Assembly (NCBI GenBank): GCA_009694195.1
Contig: SHVQ01000012.1
Location: 591 to 64,590 of the forward strand
Length of the DNA stretch: 64,000 nt
From: Rhodospirillales bacterium
GTDB lineage: Bacteria; Pseudomonadota; Alphaproteobacteria; Rhodospirillales; SHVQ01
Direction of reading: 5' to 3'
Part shown: piece by piece, positions 36,992-47,125 of the stretch
How positions within the stretch are numbered: position 1 is the stretch's first letter
Layout of the letters: every line of letters begins with the position of its first letter
Position numbers and translations under genes: made by a program
The notes under the pieces: generated by a model
Database searches by the model: none
What the model was told of the DNA's origin: nothing
The model's input: only the letters and a program-made list of their open reading frames with translations

Positions 36992-37088
36992 CGTCACTCC
37001 CGCGACGGCGGGAGTTCAGGCAACTTGGGGATGCTGGAAAGGACTGGGTTCCCGCTTTCGCGGGAACGACGAATCTCCGGGGGTGACG
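36992..37088. repeat. REP family A composite element
   Basis: CGTCACTCCCGCGACGGCGGGAGTTCAG...GGGTTCCCGCTTTCGCGGGAACGACGAATCTCCGGGGGTGACG. Confidence 0.75.
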
Positions 37089-37343
37089 AAAAAATGGTCC
37101 TGCGCGTGAGCGATTCGCGAGTCGCGAATGCCGGGCGCTCGCTCACACGGCAGTGCAAAGCGGACCCACAAATCCCTCATTCGCTCGGCATCTTTCGGCC
37201 GTGACGACCATAGGCGGGAAATCTGCCGCGAGGTCGGTCGGCGGAGCTCAAAATCGCTTCGACTTAGATGTTTATAAAACCTGTCAAACCGCTGACTCGC
37301 AAAGATATCCACAGCCCTATTAGTAGCTGATTTAACATAAACG

Positions 37344-37391
37344 TCACAAAATCTGGTTGCGGCGATTCTTTCTTTACGCTACATCTAGAAG
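37344..37391 (+). promoter_or_regulatory. candidate tandem NrdR boxes upstream of nrdJ
   Basis: TCACAAAATCTGGTTG (37344..37359) and ACGCTACATCTAGAAG (37376..37391). Each matches about 10-11 of 16 positions of the NrdR-box consensus acaCwAtATaTwGtgt. Centre-to-centre spacing is 32 bp, in an AT-rich leader. Confidence 0.35.
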
Positions 37392-37519
37392 CTCTTCTGG
37401 GATCGACCCCCGGACGCGAAACGAGGAGGCACGGGCGGCAAAGAGCCGGCCGGGCTGCGGCGGGGGTCTCAAAAAGGGCCGGTCTTCGGCCACGCATGCA
37501 AGTTTACGTCGGGGGGCGT

Positions 37520-40500
37520 ATGCGAATCTCGCGATTCTACACGAAACAAGACAAGTCGCCGTACGACGCCATCGAATTCCGCAAGGGCTCGAGCGAGATT
37601 CGCAACCCGGACGGATCGGTGGTGTTCAGCTTGGCCGACATGGAAATTCCGGCGAGCTGGTCGTCGATCGCCGCCGACGTGCTGGCGCAGAAATATTTCC
37701 GCAAGGCCGGCGTCCCCGCGCAATTGAAGAAAGTCGAGGAGAACGATGTCCCCTCCTGGCTGTGGCGGCGCGTCCCCGACGAGAAGGCCCTCGCCCAACT
37801 GCCGGCCGACAAGCGCTACGGCGGCGAGACGAGCGCCAAGCAGGTGTTCGACCGCCTGGCCGGCACCTGGGCCTATTGGGGCTGGAAGGGCGGCTATTTC
37901 GATTCGGAAGCCGACGCCCTCGCCTACTACGACGAGATGCGCCACATGCTGGCCATCCAGGTCGGCGCGCCGAACTCGCCCCAGTGGTTCAACACGGGCC
38001 TCCACTGGGCCTACGGCATCGACGGGCCGGCGCAAGGCCACTCCTATGTGGACTTCAAGACCGGCCGGCTCATCCGCTCGACGTCCGCCTACGAGCACCC
38101 GCAGCCGCACGCCTGCTTCATTCAGAGCGTCGCCGACGATCTGGTGAACGAAGGCGGCATCATGGACCTCTGGGTCCGCGAGGCGCGCCTGTTCAAGTAC
38201 GGCTCAGGGACGGGCAGCAACTTCTCCCGCCTCCGCGGCGACGGCGAGTCGCTCTCGGGCGGCGGTCGCTCGTCCGGCCTCATGAGCTTCCTCAAGATCG
38301 GCGACCGCGCCGCCGGCGCCATCAAGTCGGGCGGCACCACGCGGCGCGCGGCCAAGATGGTGGTGGTCGACATCGACCATCCGGACATCGAGGAATTCAT
38401 CGACTGGAAGGTGCGCGAGGAGCAGAAGGTGGCGGCTCTCGTCGCCGGCTCGCGCTTGGCCCGGAAGCACCTGAACGACGTGATCAAGGCCTGCCACGAG
38501 AACAAGGACGAAAACCGCTTCGATCCCAAGCACAACCCGGCCCTCAAGGTCGCGGTGCGCGCGGCCCGCAAGGCGATGATCCCGGAGAACTACGTCCAGC
38601 GGGTGATCCAGTTCGCCCGCCAGGGCTACAAGGAGATCGACTTTCCGGCGTTCGACACCGACTGGGATTCCGACGCCTACCTCACGGTCTCCGGCCAGAA
38701 CTCCAACAACAGCGTCCGCCTCACCAACGATTTCCTCGATGCCGTGCAGAAGGGCGGCGACTGGACGCTCACGCGACGCATCGACAAGCGCCCCCACAAG
38801 ACCCTGAAGGCGCGCGATCTTTGGGACAGGATCGGCCACGCGGCGTGGGCCTGCGCGGACCCGGGGCTGCAGTTCGACACCACCATCAACGACTGGCACA
38901 CCTGCCCGCAGAGCGGCCGCATCAACGCGTCGAACCCGTGCTCGGAATACATGTTCCTCGACGACACGGCGTGCAACCTCGCGTCGCTCAACCTGATCCA
39001 GTTCCAGAAGGCGGACGGCAGCTTCGACGTCGCCGCCTTCGAGCACGCGGTGCGCCTGTGGACCATCGTGCTCGAGATTTCCGTGATGATGGCCCAGTTC
39101 CCGTCCGCCCGCATCGCGGAGCTGTCGTACGAGTTCCGCACGCTCGGCCTCGGGTTCGCCAACATCGGCGGCGCCCTCATGGCGGCCGGCATTCCCTATG
39201 ATTCGGACACGGCGCGGGCGATCTGCGGCGGCATCTCCGCCCTGATGACCGGCGTTTCCTACGCCACGTCGGCCGAAATGGCGGCCTCCATGGGCGCTTT
39301 CCCCCGCTTCGACGAGAACCGGGAGTCCATGCTGCGCGTGATGCGCAATCACCGCCGGGCGGCCTTCGGCATGCCGGACGGCTACGAGGCGCTGCAGGTG
39401 GCGCCCGTGCCTCTCAATGCCGCCCATTGCCCCGACCATAAGCTCATCGAGGCGGCGCGGGCCGCGTGGGACCGGGCGCTGGCGCTCGGCCAGGAGCACG
39501 GCTACCGCAACGCGCAGACGACGGTCATCGCGCCGACCGGCACCATCGGCCTGGTCATGGACTGCGACACGACGGGCATCGAGCCCGACTTCGCCCTCGT
39601 GAAGTTCAAGACGCTCGCCGGCGGCGGCTATTTCAAGATCATCAACCGGATGGTGCCTGCCGCCCTCGCCCGCCTCGGCTACGGCGAGACGCAGGTCCAC
39701 GACATCATCCGCTATGCGGTCGGCACCGCGAGCCTGAAAGGCGCCCCGGGGATCAATCATGAGAGCCTGGCCAAGCGCGGGTTCTCCGAGGACGTCCTCG
39801 CCAGGATCGAGAAAGCGCTGACCGGCGCCTTCGACATCAAGTTCGTCTTCAACAAGTGGACGCTCGGCGAGGACTTCTGCGCGAAGACCCTCAAGATCGA
39901 CTCCCGGCGGCTCGACGACGTGTCCTTCGACATGCTGGGGCACCTGGGCTTTTCGAGGCCCGAGGTCGACGCCGCGAACGCCTATGCGTGCGGGACCATG
40001 ACGGTCGAGGGGGCGCCGCACCTGAAGGCCGAGCACCTGCCGGTCTTCGATTGCGCCAATCCCTGCGGGCGCACGGGCAAGCGCTGCCTTTCGGTCGAAA
40101 GCCACATCCGGATGATGGCCGCGAGCCAGCCGTTCATCTCCGGCGCCATCTCGAAGACCATCAACATGCAGAACGCGGCGACGGTCGAGGATTGCAAAAA
40201 CGCGTACATGCTGTCGTGGCGCCTCGGCCTCAAGGCCAACGCGCTCTACCGCGACGGCTCCAAGCTGTCGCAGCCGTTGGCCTCCTCGCTCCTCGACGAC
40301 GACCGCGATCACGACGGCGAGACGCTCGCCGAGAAGCTGGCCGATCAGCCGTTGGCCGCCCGCGCGGAGATCATCGCCGAGCGCATCGTCGAACGTGTGG
40401 TCGAGCGCGTCGAGCGCCTGCGCCCACCGTCCCGCCGCAAGGGCTACACCCAGAAGGCCACCGTCGGGAACCACAAGGTCTACCTCAGGACCGGCGAATA

Positions 40501-41176
40501 CGAGGAAGGCCGCCTCGCCGAGATCTTCATCGACATGCACAAGGAAGGTGCGGCGTTCCGGAGCCTGATGAACAACTTCGCGATCGCGATCTCGATCGGG
40601 CTCCAATACGGCGTGCCGCTCGACGAGTTCGTCGAGGCCTTCACCTTCACGCGGTTCGAGCCGGCCGGCCTGGTCACCGGCAACGACACGATCAAGATGG
40701 CGACGTCCATCCTCGACTACATCTTCCGCGAGCTCGCCGTCTCCTATCTCGGCCGCAACGATCTCGCCCACGTCGAGCCCGCCGATCTCGCGCCCGACAG
40801 CATGGGCGGCGGCAGCCAGGAGGGCAATCTCAAGGCCGGCCCGGCGCACATCGACATCCAGCGCGCGGCGAGCCAAGGCTTCGTCCGCTCGAAGCTGCTG
40901 GTCATCCGGGGCGCACGGACAAACGGGGGCGCTACCGCCATGGTCGCCGCCGGCGGCGCCGGGGCGGCGACCGTTGCCCGCGCCGAAGCGGCCGCCGCCA
41001 TTGGCCTCTCCCATGAGATCATGAGCGGCGTCGACACACGGCTTTCACAACTCCGCGAGGCGCGCCTGAAGGGCTACGAGGGCGACTCCTGCGGACAGTG
41101 CGGCAATTTCACGCTCGTCAGGAACGGCACGTGCCTCAAGTGTCAGACTTGCGGCTCGACGTCCGGGTGTTCCTGA
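37520..41176 (+). CDS. nrdJ: adenosylcobalamin-dependent (class II) ribonucleotide reductase, long alphaproteobacterial form
   Basis: About 1218 aa from ATG 37520 (GGGGGG 4 nt upstream). NSPQWFNTG, catalytic [15 protein letters not shown], and a C-terminal Cys-rich tail [22 protein letters not shown]. Confidence 0.93.
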   Translation: MRISRFYTKQDKSPYDAIEFRKGSSEIRNPDGSVVFSLADMEIPASWSSIAADVLAQKYFRKAGVPAQLKKVEENDVPSWLWRRVPDEKALAQLPADKRYGGETSAKQVFDRLAGTWAYWGWKGGYFDSEADALAYYDEMRHMLAIQVGAPNSPQWFNTGLHWAYGIDGPAQGHSYVDFKTGRLIRSTSAYEHPQPHACFIQSVADDLVNEGGIMDLWVREARLFKYGSGTGSNFSRLRGDGESLSGGGRSSGLMSFLKIGDRAAGAIKSGGTTRRAAKMVVVDIDHPDIEEFIDWKVREEQKVAALVAGSRLARKHLNDVIKACHENKDENRFDPKHNPALKVAVRAARKAMIPENYVQRVIQFARQGYKEIDFPAFDTDWDSDAYLTVSGQNSNNSVRLTNDFLDAVQKGGDWTLTRRIDKRPHKTLKARDLWDRIGHAAWACADPGLQFDTTINDWHTCPQSGRINASNPCSEYMFLDDTACNLASLNLIQFQKADGSFDVAAFEHAVRLWTIVLEISVMMAQFPSARIAELSYEFRTLGLGFANIGGALMAAGIPYDSDTARAICGGISALMTGVSYATSAEMAASMGAFPRFDENRESMLRVMRNHRRAAFGMPDGYEALQVAPVPLNAAHCPDHKLIEAARAAWDRALALGQEHGYRNAQTTVIAPTGTIGLVMDCDTTGIEPDFALVKFKTLAGGGYFKIINRMVPAALARLGYGETQVHDIIRYAVGTASLKGAPGINHESLAKRGFSEDVLARIEKALTGAFDIKFVFNKWTLGEDFCAKTLKIDSRRLDDVSFDMLGHLGFSRPEVDAANAYACGTMTVEGAPHLKAEHLPVFDCANPCGRTGKRCLSVESHIRMMAASQPFISGAISKTINMQNAATVEDCKNAYMLSWRLGLKANALYRDGSKLSQPLASSLLDDDRDHDGETLAEKLADQPLAARAEIIAERIVERVVERVERLRPPSRRKGYTQKATVGNHKVYLRTGEYEEGRLAEIFIDMHKEGAAFRSLMNNFAIAISIGLQYGVPLDEFVEAFTFTRFEPAGLVTGNDTIKMATSILDYIFRELAVSYLGRNDLAHVEPADLAPDSMGGGSQEGNLKAGPAHIDIQRAASQGFVRSKLLVIRGARTNGGATAMVAAGGAGAATVARAEAAAAIGLSHEIMSGVDTRLSQLREARLKGYEGDSCGQCGNFTLVRNGTCLKCQTCGSTSGCS

Positions 41177-41215
41177 TGGGGAAACGGTTGCTTGACGGTC
41201 CTCCCTGGGAAACTT

Positions 41216-41260
41216 GGGACGGGTTTCGGGGCTCCCGCTCCGGACCCGTCCCGTTTTTTT
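41216..41260 (+). terminator. rho-independent terminator of nrdJ
   Basis: GGGACGGGT-19 nt-ACCCGTCCC followed by a T7 run. Confidence 0.8.
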
Positions 41261-41301
41261 GAAGCCAGGGTCTCGTTCTTCTGCGTCATGATGTCCGAAG
41301 T

Positions 41302-41330
41302 GTAGGGGCGGGTTTGAAACCCGCCCCTAC
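41302..41330. repeat. perfect 12-bp-stem hairpin
   Basis: GTAGGGGCGGGTtTGAAaACCCGCCCCTAC. One copy in the window. Resembles a REP type common in GC-rich genomes. Confidence 0.6.
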
Positions 41331-41359
41331 GACCAGCATCCTTGGGCTGTAAGGACAGC

Positions 41360-42283
41360 GTGGCCGCCCGGCGAGTCGTCTCCCTGATCCCGAGCGCAAC
41401 CGAGATCGTCGCCCTGCTCGGCTGCGCCGACCGCCTGGTCGGCCGCTCGCACGAATGCGATTTCCCGCTCGGCGTCGAACGCCTCCCCGTCTGCACCCGG
41501 CCGCGTCTCAAGCTCGAGGGCACGAGCGCCGAGATCCATGCGCGCGTGCAGGAGACCCAGGCCGCATCCCGCGCGGTCTATGAAGTCTTCGAGGACCGGC
41601 TGCGCGCGCTCGCGCCCGATCTCATCCTCACCCAAAGCCAGTGCGCGGTCTGCGCCGTCAGCCTCGAGGAGGTCGAGGCGGCGGTGCGCGCGTGGGCGGG
41701 CCGGCCGCCATCCGTGCTCTCGTTCTCGCCCGTGCGTCTCGAAGACGTGTTCTCCGACATCGCAACCGCCGCGCGGGCGCTCGCGCGGGAGGCCGAAGGC
41801 CGGAACGCCGTGCAGGCGCTTCGCGCGCGCGTCGATGCGGTCACGCGGGCGACAAAGGGGCAACGCCCGAGCGTCGCCTGCATCGAATGGACGGACCCCC
41901 TGATGGCGGCCGGCAATTGGGTGCCCGAGCTGGTCGCAATGGCGGGCGGGCGCGACCCTTTCGGCAAAGCCGGCGAGCACGCGCCCTGGATCTCGTGGGA
42001 GGCGCTCGCCGCCGCCGATCCCGACGCGATCGTCTTCATGCCCTGCGGATACGGCCTCGCGCGGACGCGCGACGACGCGCGCGGGCTTGCCGCGCGGCCC
42101 GAATGGCGCCGGCTCAGCGCGGCTGGGAGCGGCCGCGTCTACGTCACGGACGGAAACGCATACTTCAACCGGCCGGGGCCGCGACTCGTGGATTCGCTCG
42201 AGATCATGGCAGAGATCCTGCACCCGGATGTTTTCGCGCCCGCCCATCGCGGCGCCGGCTGGGTGCCGCTCGCGGGAGACTGA
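41360..42283 (+). CDS. periplasmic-binding-protein-fold (BtuF/cobalamin-binding type) protein with no signal peptide
   Basis: RRVVSLIPSATEIVALLGCADRLVG...PDLILTQ...GNWVPELVAMAGG...AADPDAIVFMPCG is a cluster-A SBP/BtuF-like pattern. The start is GTG 41360 or TTG 41342. No hydrophobic leader. Confidence 0.7.
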   Translation: MAARRVVSLIPSATEIVALLGCADRLVGRSHECDFPLGVERLPVCTRPRLKLEGTSAEIHARVQETQAASRAVYEVFEDRLRALAPDLILTQSQCAVCAVSLEEVEAAVRAWAGRPPSVLSFSPVRLEDVFSDIATAARALAREAEGRNAVQALRARVDAVTRATKGQRPSVACIEWTDPLMAAGNWVPELVAMAGGRDPFGKAGEHAPWISWEALAAADPDAIVFMPCGYGLARTRDDARGLAARPEWRRLSAAGSGRVYVTDGNAYFNRPGPRLVDSLEIMAEILHPDVFAPAHRGAGWVPLAGD

Positions 42284-42288
42284 CGAGA

Positions 42289-44070
42289 TCAGCGGGAAAC
42301 GACGCGCTCGCGCGGCAAGGCGAGCGTGACGCGGGTTCCGAGCCCGACCTTGCTCTCGATCGCGATCGCCCCGCCGTGGAGCTCGATCAGGCCCTTGGTG
42401 ATCGCGAGGCCGAGCCCGAAGCCGTCGTGCCTGCGGGTCACATTGATGTCCCCGCGGCGGAACGGCTCGTAGATCTGAATCAGGTCGGCGGCGGCGATGC
42501 CGATGCCGGTGTCCTCGACGACGATGGCGATGCCGTTCTCCCCCGTCGGCACCGACACGGTCACGCGGCCGCCGGGCCCGGTGAATTTCACCGCGTTGCC
42601 GAGCACGTTGAGGACGGCTTGCGTGAGAAGGCGTTCGTCCGCCTTGATCAACGGCAGCGCGCCGTTGGATTCCTTCCGGATGTCGACTCCGCGGGCGGCT
42701 GCCTGCTCCTTGACCATCGAGTGGCAGCGCTCGATCACTGTTGCGATCTGGACGTGCTGTTCGTTCAAGTGCACCTCGCCGACATCGATGCGCGAGAAGT
42801 CGAGAACGTCGTCGACCAGGCTCAACAGATGCCGCCCGGCCGCGTAGATGTCCGACGCATAGCCCCGCTGCCTGTCGTTGAGCGCCCCCCAGTATCCCTT
42901 TTCGAGGGTCTCGGAGAACCCGAGGATCGCGTTGAGCGGCGTCCGGAACTCGTGGCTCATGGCGGCGAGGAACTTGTCCTTGGCCCGGTTCGCGGCATCC
43001 GCGAGGCGCGCGGCCTCGCGCGCGCGCCGGACGAGCCTCTGCTCGCGCCGCAACTGACGGGCGAGGAGCCCGATGAGGAAGGCGACCGCGACGACGGCGG
43101 CGCCCGTGCTGCCCGCGATCAGGAGGGATTTTTTCCGCCAAGAGGAGAGGGCGGCGCGCTCCTCGAACGTGACCATGATGGTCAGCGGATAGCTCGAAAT
43201 TCGCTTGGCGGCGACGAGCGTCGGCAGTCCGTCCGCCGGATTCTTGAGGACGGCAATGCCGTCCGTCGCCAGCGTCAACAGCGTTTGCCAGGGTGCCGCG
43301 CCCTTCCCTGAGTCGACGAACATCTCTTCGTCGCCGGGGTGGAGATACAAGAGCGCGCCATCCGACTTGAAAAGGCCGATACGGCTGCCCTCGCCGAGAT
43401 GAATGGATCGGTAGAGATCGCGGAAGTACCCGACGTCGATCACGGCGACCGCAAGGCCCGCGAAGCGGCCGTCGTCGGAGGGCAAGCGCCGCGAAAGGAC
43501 GATGGACCACCGGCCGGTCACCCGGTTGAGGACTGGCTCGCTGATCTCGATGGCTTTCGCATCCCCAATCCGCTGCCTTTGGAAAAAAAGACGATCCGCG
43601 ATATTGACGGGCGGCGTCGGCCATGCCCGCGAGCTGTACGTCACGGTGCCATCGGTCCCGACGATCGTGACGGCGTCGATGTGCGACATTCCGGCGATTC
43701 GCTCGCGCAAGATGCGATGCATGGCCGCCCCATCGGCCCCTTCGCCACCGCTATCGGGCCGGTAGCGCTCGACGGTCGCCCGGAGAACGAGATCCGCGCC
43801 TTGAATCGCGCGCATCGTCTGCTCGGAGAGGACGACGGTGAACTGCTCCATGTTCCGTCTCACGTCGGCGAGGACCTGGTCGTGAAACTGCCAGATGATG
43901 AAGGTCGCTCCGGTGATCAGCGTGAGGATGAGCGCTGTTCCGGAGAGGAACAGCACGCGCACGCCCTTGCTTCCGAGCATCCAAGCAAGAATGCCAAAGC
44001 GGCGGGCCGCGTCGTGTATCCGGCGACGAGGTACGGCTAACACAGCCTTGACGGGTAAATCCGATCCCAC
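42289..44070 (-). CDS. sensor histidine kinase with an extracytoplasmic Cache-like domain
   Basis: Two TM segments flank a ~250-aa periplasmic domain. HisKA (MSHEFRTPLNAILGFSE) and HATPase_c (GNAVKFT...DTGIGI...GFGLGLAI). No adjacent response regulator. The start is uncertain. Confidence 0.85.
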   Translation of the reverse strand: MGSDLPVKAVLAVPRRRIHDAARRFGILAWMLGSKGVRVLFLSGTALILTLITGATFIIWQFHDQVLADVRRNMEQFTVVLSEQTMRAIQGADLVLRATVERYRPDSGGEGADGAAMHRILRERIAGMSHIDAVTIVGTDGTVTYSSRAWPTPPVNIADRLFFQRQRIGDAKAIEISEPVLNRVTGRWSIVLSRRLPSDDGRFAGLAVAVIDVGYFRDLYRSIHLGEGSRIGLFKSDGALLYLHPGDEEMFVDSGKGAAPWQTLLTLATDGIAVLKNPADGLPTLVAAKRISSYPLTIMVTFEERAALSSWRKKSLLIAGSTGAAVVAVAFLIGLLARQLRREQRLVRRAREAARLADAANRAKDKFLAAMSHEFRTPLNAILGFSETLEKGYWGALNDRQRGYASDIYAAGRHLLSLVDDVLDFSRIDVGEVHLNEQHVQIATVIERCHSMVKEQAAARGVDIRKESNGALPLIKADERLLTQAVLNVLGNAVKFTGPGGRVTVSVPTGENGIAIVVEDTGIGIAAADLIQIYEPFRRGDINVTRRHDGFGLGLAITKGLIELHGGAIAIESKVGLGTRVTLALPRERVVSR

Positions 44071-44356
44071 AATCTCGCCCCACGGCTGCTTCCGCGTGTG
44101 TGTGCTTAGAGATGCGACGGACCTTTATTTTCCCCGCAAAGTCCGCTGTTTCGTACTTTACGCTACGTTATTTTCGTTAAATCAGCTCTTTATTCAGCAG
44201 AAAGTCGCATAAAACGGATAGCGTGTCCACATATTCGGGCTCCGTCTATTCGCAGGACCGTTCGGGCGGCCAAGCCCCATTTATGGTCCCTTCACCGTCC
44301 TCCCGCATTCGTGGATGATCGAACCGGCCACCCCTGAACCCATTGGAGGAACCACC

Positions 44357-44743
44357 ATGCTGAAGATTCACAACCCGAAAACCGTCGCCCCGCCCTTCGG
44401 CAAGTACAGCCACGGGGTCAAGGTGCCGGCCGGCGCCGAATGGCTTTACATCTCCGGCCAGCCGGGCGTGATGGCGGACGGGAAGATGGCCCAGGGCATC
44501 GAGGCGCAGTGCCAATGGGCGTGGAAAAACCTGCTTGCGATCCTCGCGGACGCCGGCATGGGCCTCGACGACCTGGTGAAGATCACCGTCTATCTCACCA
44601 ACGCGGACGACGTGGCTGCCTACCGGAATGCGCGCGACGCCGTCATCGGCAATGCGCGGCCTCCGGCCGCCACCCTCGCCGTGATCCCCAGGCTCGCGAG
44701 CCCGGATTGGCTGGTCGAGATCGAGGCGATCGCCGCCAAGTGA
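44357..44743 (+). CDS. RidA/YjgF-family protein
   Basis: Start at MLKIHNPKTVAPPFGKYSHG. GKMAQGIEAQ...KITVYL...EIEAIA. Confidence 0.85.
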   Translation: MLKIHNPKTVAPPFGKYSHGVKVPAGAEWLYISGQPGVMADGKMAQGIEAQCQWAWKNLLAILADAGMGLDDLVKITVYLTNADDVAAYRNARDAVIGNARPPAATLAVIPRLASPDWLVEIEAIAAK

Positions 44744-44782
44744 CGGATTCTCGCCGGCTTTCGCGAGCGCGACGGGGGGCGT

Positions 44783-45856
44783 TCAAGCGGGCATCGCGAC
44801 GCCAAGCTCGCGGGCGAGCGCCGCGGTATTCTCCCACACGAATTCGTAGATCGGAACCTTGCCTTCGCGGAGGGATTGCGCGCGCCGGGCGAGCGAGCGC
44901 TCGCCCGGAACCCGCACGCCGTCGGAGCCGGGAGCCGGTTTCGTTCCTTTGATCTCCGCGAGATAGCGGTCGGCGCTCGCGTGGAATGCGCCCGCGTCGC
45001 CGAAGGCGGCCGGGTCGATCGCAAGAAAGAAGTGCCCCTTGCGGCCGACCGTCTTGGGGGAGCCCGCCGCGGTCCATCCCATGCCGACCATGGCCTTGCC
45101 GACCGAGCCGCCCATCAGTACACCCGAGAGCAGCGCTACGCTGAAGCTCAGCCCAAAACCCTTATGGCCGCCGAAGGTGTCGAAGGCGCCCTCGCGCGCT
45201 GCCTTCGGCTCCCGCGTCGGCAGCCCATCAGGGCCGAGGGCCACATCGGCCGGGAGCATGTCGCCGAACTGAAGGGCATGCCGGACACGCGACGCCGAGA
45301 AGGCGCTCGTCGCAAAATCCACCACAACGGGATCATTGCCGCCCCTCGGGAAGGCAAGTCCGATCGGATTCGTGCCGAGCACCCGTTCCATGCCACCCGT
45401 CGCGTGTGCATAGGGCGCGGAATCCGAGGCCACGAACCCGATGCACCCGCCCCGTGCCATCTGCTCGACGTAGTAACCGATCATGTACATGTCGCCGCTG
45501 TCGATTACGCCCACCACTGCGGCGCCCGACGCTTTTGCTTTCTTTACCGCGGTGTCGGCGGCGAACATGCCGGTGATCGGGCCGGGCCCGCGATTGCCGG
45601 TGACGAGCACGGCTGCGTCTCCTTCCCGCACGATCTCCGGTCTCCCATCCGGCCGGATAATTCCGCTCGTGAGACAGCGAAGCAGCGTCGGCATGTGATC
45701 GAGGCCTTGCAAGGGATTGCCGCGAAGCTCGGCTTCCCAGAACACGGTGGCCGTCTCGGACGCGGTCTCCCGGCTGCACCCCGCCCCGACCAGCAGGCGC
45801 TCCATAAGGTTGCGAAGAACGTTGATGTCGAGCATCCGCGACGGTCGGTTCGTCAT
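44783..45856 (-). CDS. Ldh_2-family (malate/L-lactate/sulfolactate dehydrogenase type 2) oxidoreductase
   Basis: AELRGNPLQGLDHMP, GPGPITG, THATGGMERVLGTNPIGLAFP, GGHKGFGL. Confidence 0.8.
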   Translation of the reverse strand: MTNRPSRMLDINVLRNLMERLLVGAGCSRETASETATVFWEAELRGNPLQGLDHMPTLLRCLTSGIIRPDGRPEIVREGDAAVLVTGNRGPGPITGMFAADTAVKKAKASGAAVVGVIDSGDMYMIGYYVEQMARGGCIGFVASDSAPYAHATGGMERVLGTNPIGLAFPRGGNDPVVVDFATSAFSASRVRHALQFGDMLPADVALGPDGLPTREPKAAREGAFDTFGGHKGFGLSFSVALLSGVLMGGSVGKAMVGMGWTAAGSPKTVGRKGHFFLAIDPAAFGDAGAFHASADRYLAEIKGTKPAPGSDGVRVPGERSLARRAQSLREGKVPIYEFVWENTAALARELGVAMPA

Positions 45857-46071
45857 GATGGTGTCTCCCTTAATGCCGGCCAGGAATGGTATCGCAACTT
45901 ACTTGTCCAAAGGTCGGATCATTCTAGCCGCGACACGACGCCGCGCTAGACCATCGTCCAGAGGGCCTCGATTGAAAGCGAGGAGCCGCGGAGATGCTTC
46001 GCTTGTGGATAGAGGCAGGAGAAAGTAGGTTATGCGCCGGCTGAACGAAGCGCTGCACGGCGGGGGACCTA

Positions 46072-46908
46072 ATGGAGCTGCGATTCTGGGGTGTCCGCGG
46101 ATCGATCGCGTCCCCAGGGGCGAGCACCCAGGGGATCGGTGGCAACACCACCTGCGTGAGCATCCGTCACGAGGACTACCTTTTCATTTTCGATGCCGGC
46201 ACCGGCCTCCGGCTCCTCGGCGAGCATCTGCTCGCGCAAAAAGCGGCCCCGTGGCGCGGCAGCATTTTTCTCACGCACTATCACTGGGACCACATTCAGG
46301 GACTTCCGTTCTTCACGCCGGCCTTCATCAAAGGCAACGCCTTCGAGCTGTACGGCGAGTCGAAGGACGGATTGGATGTCCGCCAGATCCTCAACAACCA
46401 GATGCTGGCGCCTTATTTCCCCGTGCCCCTCGACCTCCAGCAGGGGCTGATCACGTTCAAAGGCATCGAATCCGGCGAGCGGGTGGAGCCGGCGCCGGGG
46501 TTCACGGTGCAAGCGGGATCGTTGCTGCATCCGAACAAGGCGATCGGATTCCGCCTCGAGTCCAAGACGGCCTCGGTCACCGTCATCACCGATCATGAGC
46601 ATCCGGCCGAGCACTTGGATCCGGTCGTCGTCGAATTCTCGCGCGGAACCGACGTTCTCATCCACGACTCCCAGTACACGCCGGAGGAAAAGCTCGGGCC
46701 GCGGAAGGGATGGGGCCACAGCTCGTGGGAGGATGCCGCGCGCACGGCGAAAGAAGCCGACGTCGGCGTGCTCTACATAAGCCACCACGACCCCAAGCGG
46801 TCGGACGCGGACGTGATGGAGATTCTCGCGAAGGCGCGAAGCATCTTTCCGCGCACCGAAGTGGCGACCGAGACGACAGTCGTCGATCTCGCCTCCTGCC
46901 GCCGCTGA
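46072..46908 (+). CDS. MBL-fold metallo-hydrolase
   Basis: MELRFWGVRGS...FDAGTG...LTHYHWDHIQG...ISHHDP. Confidence 0.85.
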   Translation: MELRFWGVRGSIASPGASTQGIGGNTTCVSIRHEDYLFIFDAGTGLRLLGEHLLAQKAAPWRGSIFLTHYHWDHIQGLPFFTPAFIKGNAFELYGESKDGLDVRQILNNQMLAPYFPVPLDLQQGLITFKGIESGERVEPAPGFTVQAGSLLHPNKAIGFRLESKTASVTVITDHEHPAEHLDPVVVEFSRGTDVLIHDSQYTPEEKLGPRKGWGHSSWEDAARTAKEADVGVLYISHHDPKRSDADVMEILAKARSIFPRTEVATETTVVDLASCRR

Positions 46909-46925
46909 AGAAAAAACAACCTCCC

Positions 46926-47014
46926 CGTCGTTCCCGCGAAAGCGGGAACCCAGTTCTTTCTGCTCCCCTTGTCAAGTTGGACCCCGGCTCTCGCTCCGCT
47001 CGGCGGGGATGACG
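46926..47014. repeat. REP family A element
   Basis: CGTCGTTCCCGCGAAAGCGGGAACCCAG...GTTGGACCCCGGCTCTCGCTCCGCTCGGCGGGGATGACG. Confidence 0.8.
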
Positions 47015-47125
47015 AAGCATTCAGAGGCTCGGAAGCGACCGGCGAGCCAAGGCTTGCGGATTCAGTTGTCCAACCCGATTATCCGGAGGGCGCAGCAAGC
47101 GCGAATGAGCAAATGGTGAAAACCA

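Noticed and set aside
37016-37312. 98-aa ORF in the NDUFA12/nrdJ intergenic region
   Set aside because: Its C-terminal part is a translation of REP element A (SFPRKREPSP). The rest is AT-rich leader sequence.
37392-37519. Searched for a cobalamin riboswitch in the nrdJ leader
   Set aside because: I saw no B12-box-like or GGUG..AAUCC-type conserved core. B12 riboswitches normally control B12-independent isozymes rather than nrdJ.
38204-41014. 936-aa ORF on the minus strand
   Set aside because: Antisense to nrdJ, with no recognisable domains. Same high-GC artefact.
41327-43624. 765-aa ORF on the minus strand
   Set aside because: It overlaps the histidine kinase gene in a different frame and runs antisense to the BtuF-like gene. 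The kinase frame (42289..44070) carries the HisKA and HATPase motifs.
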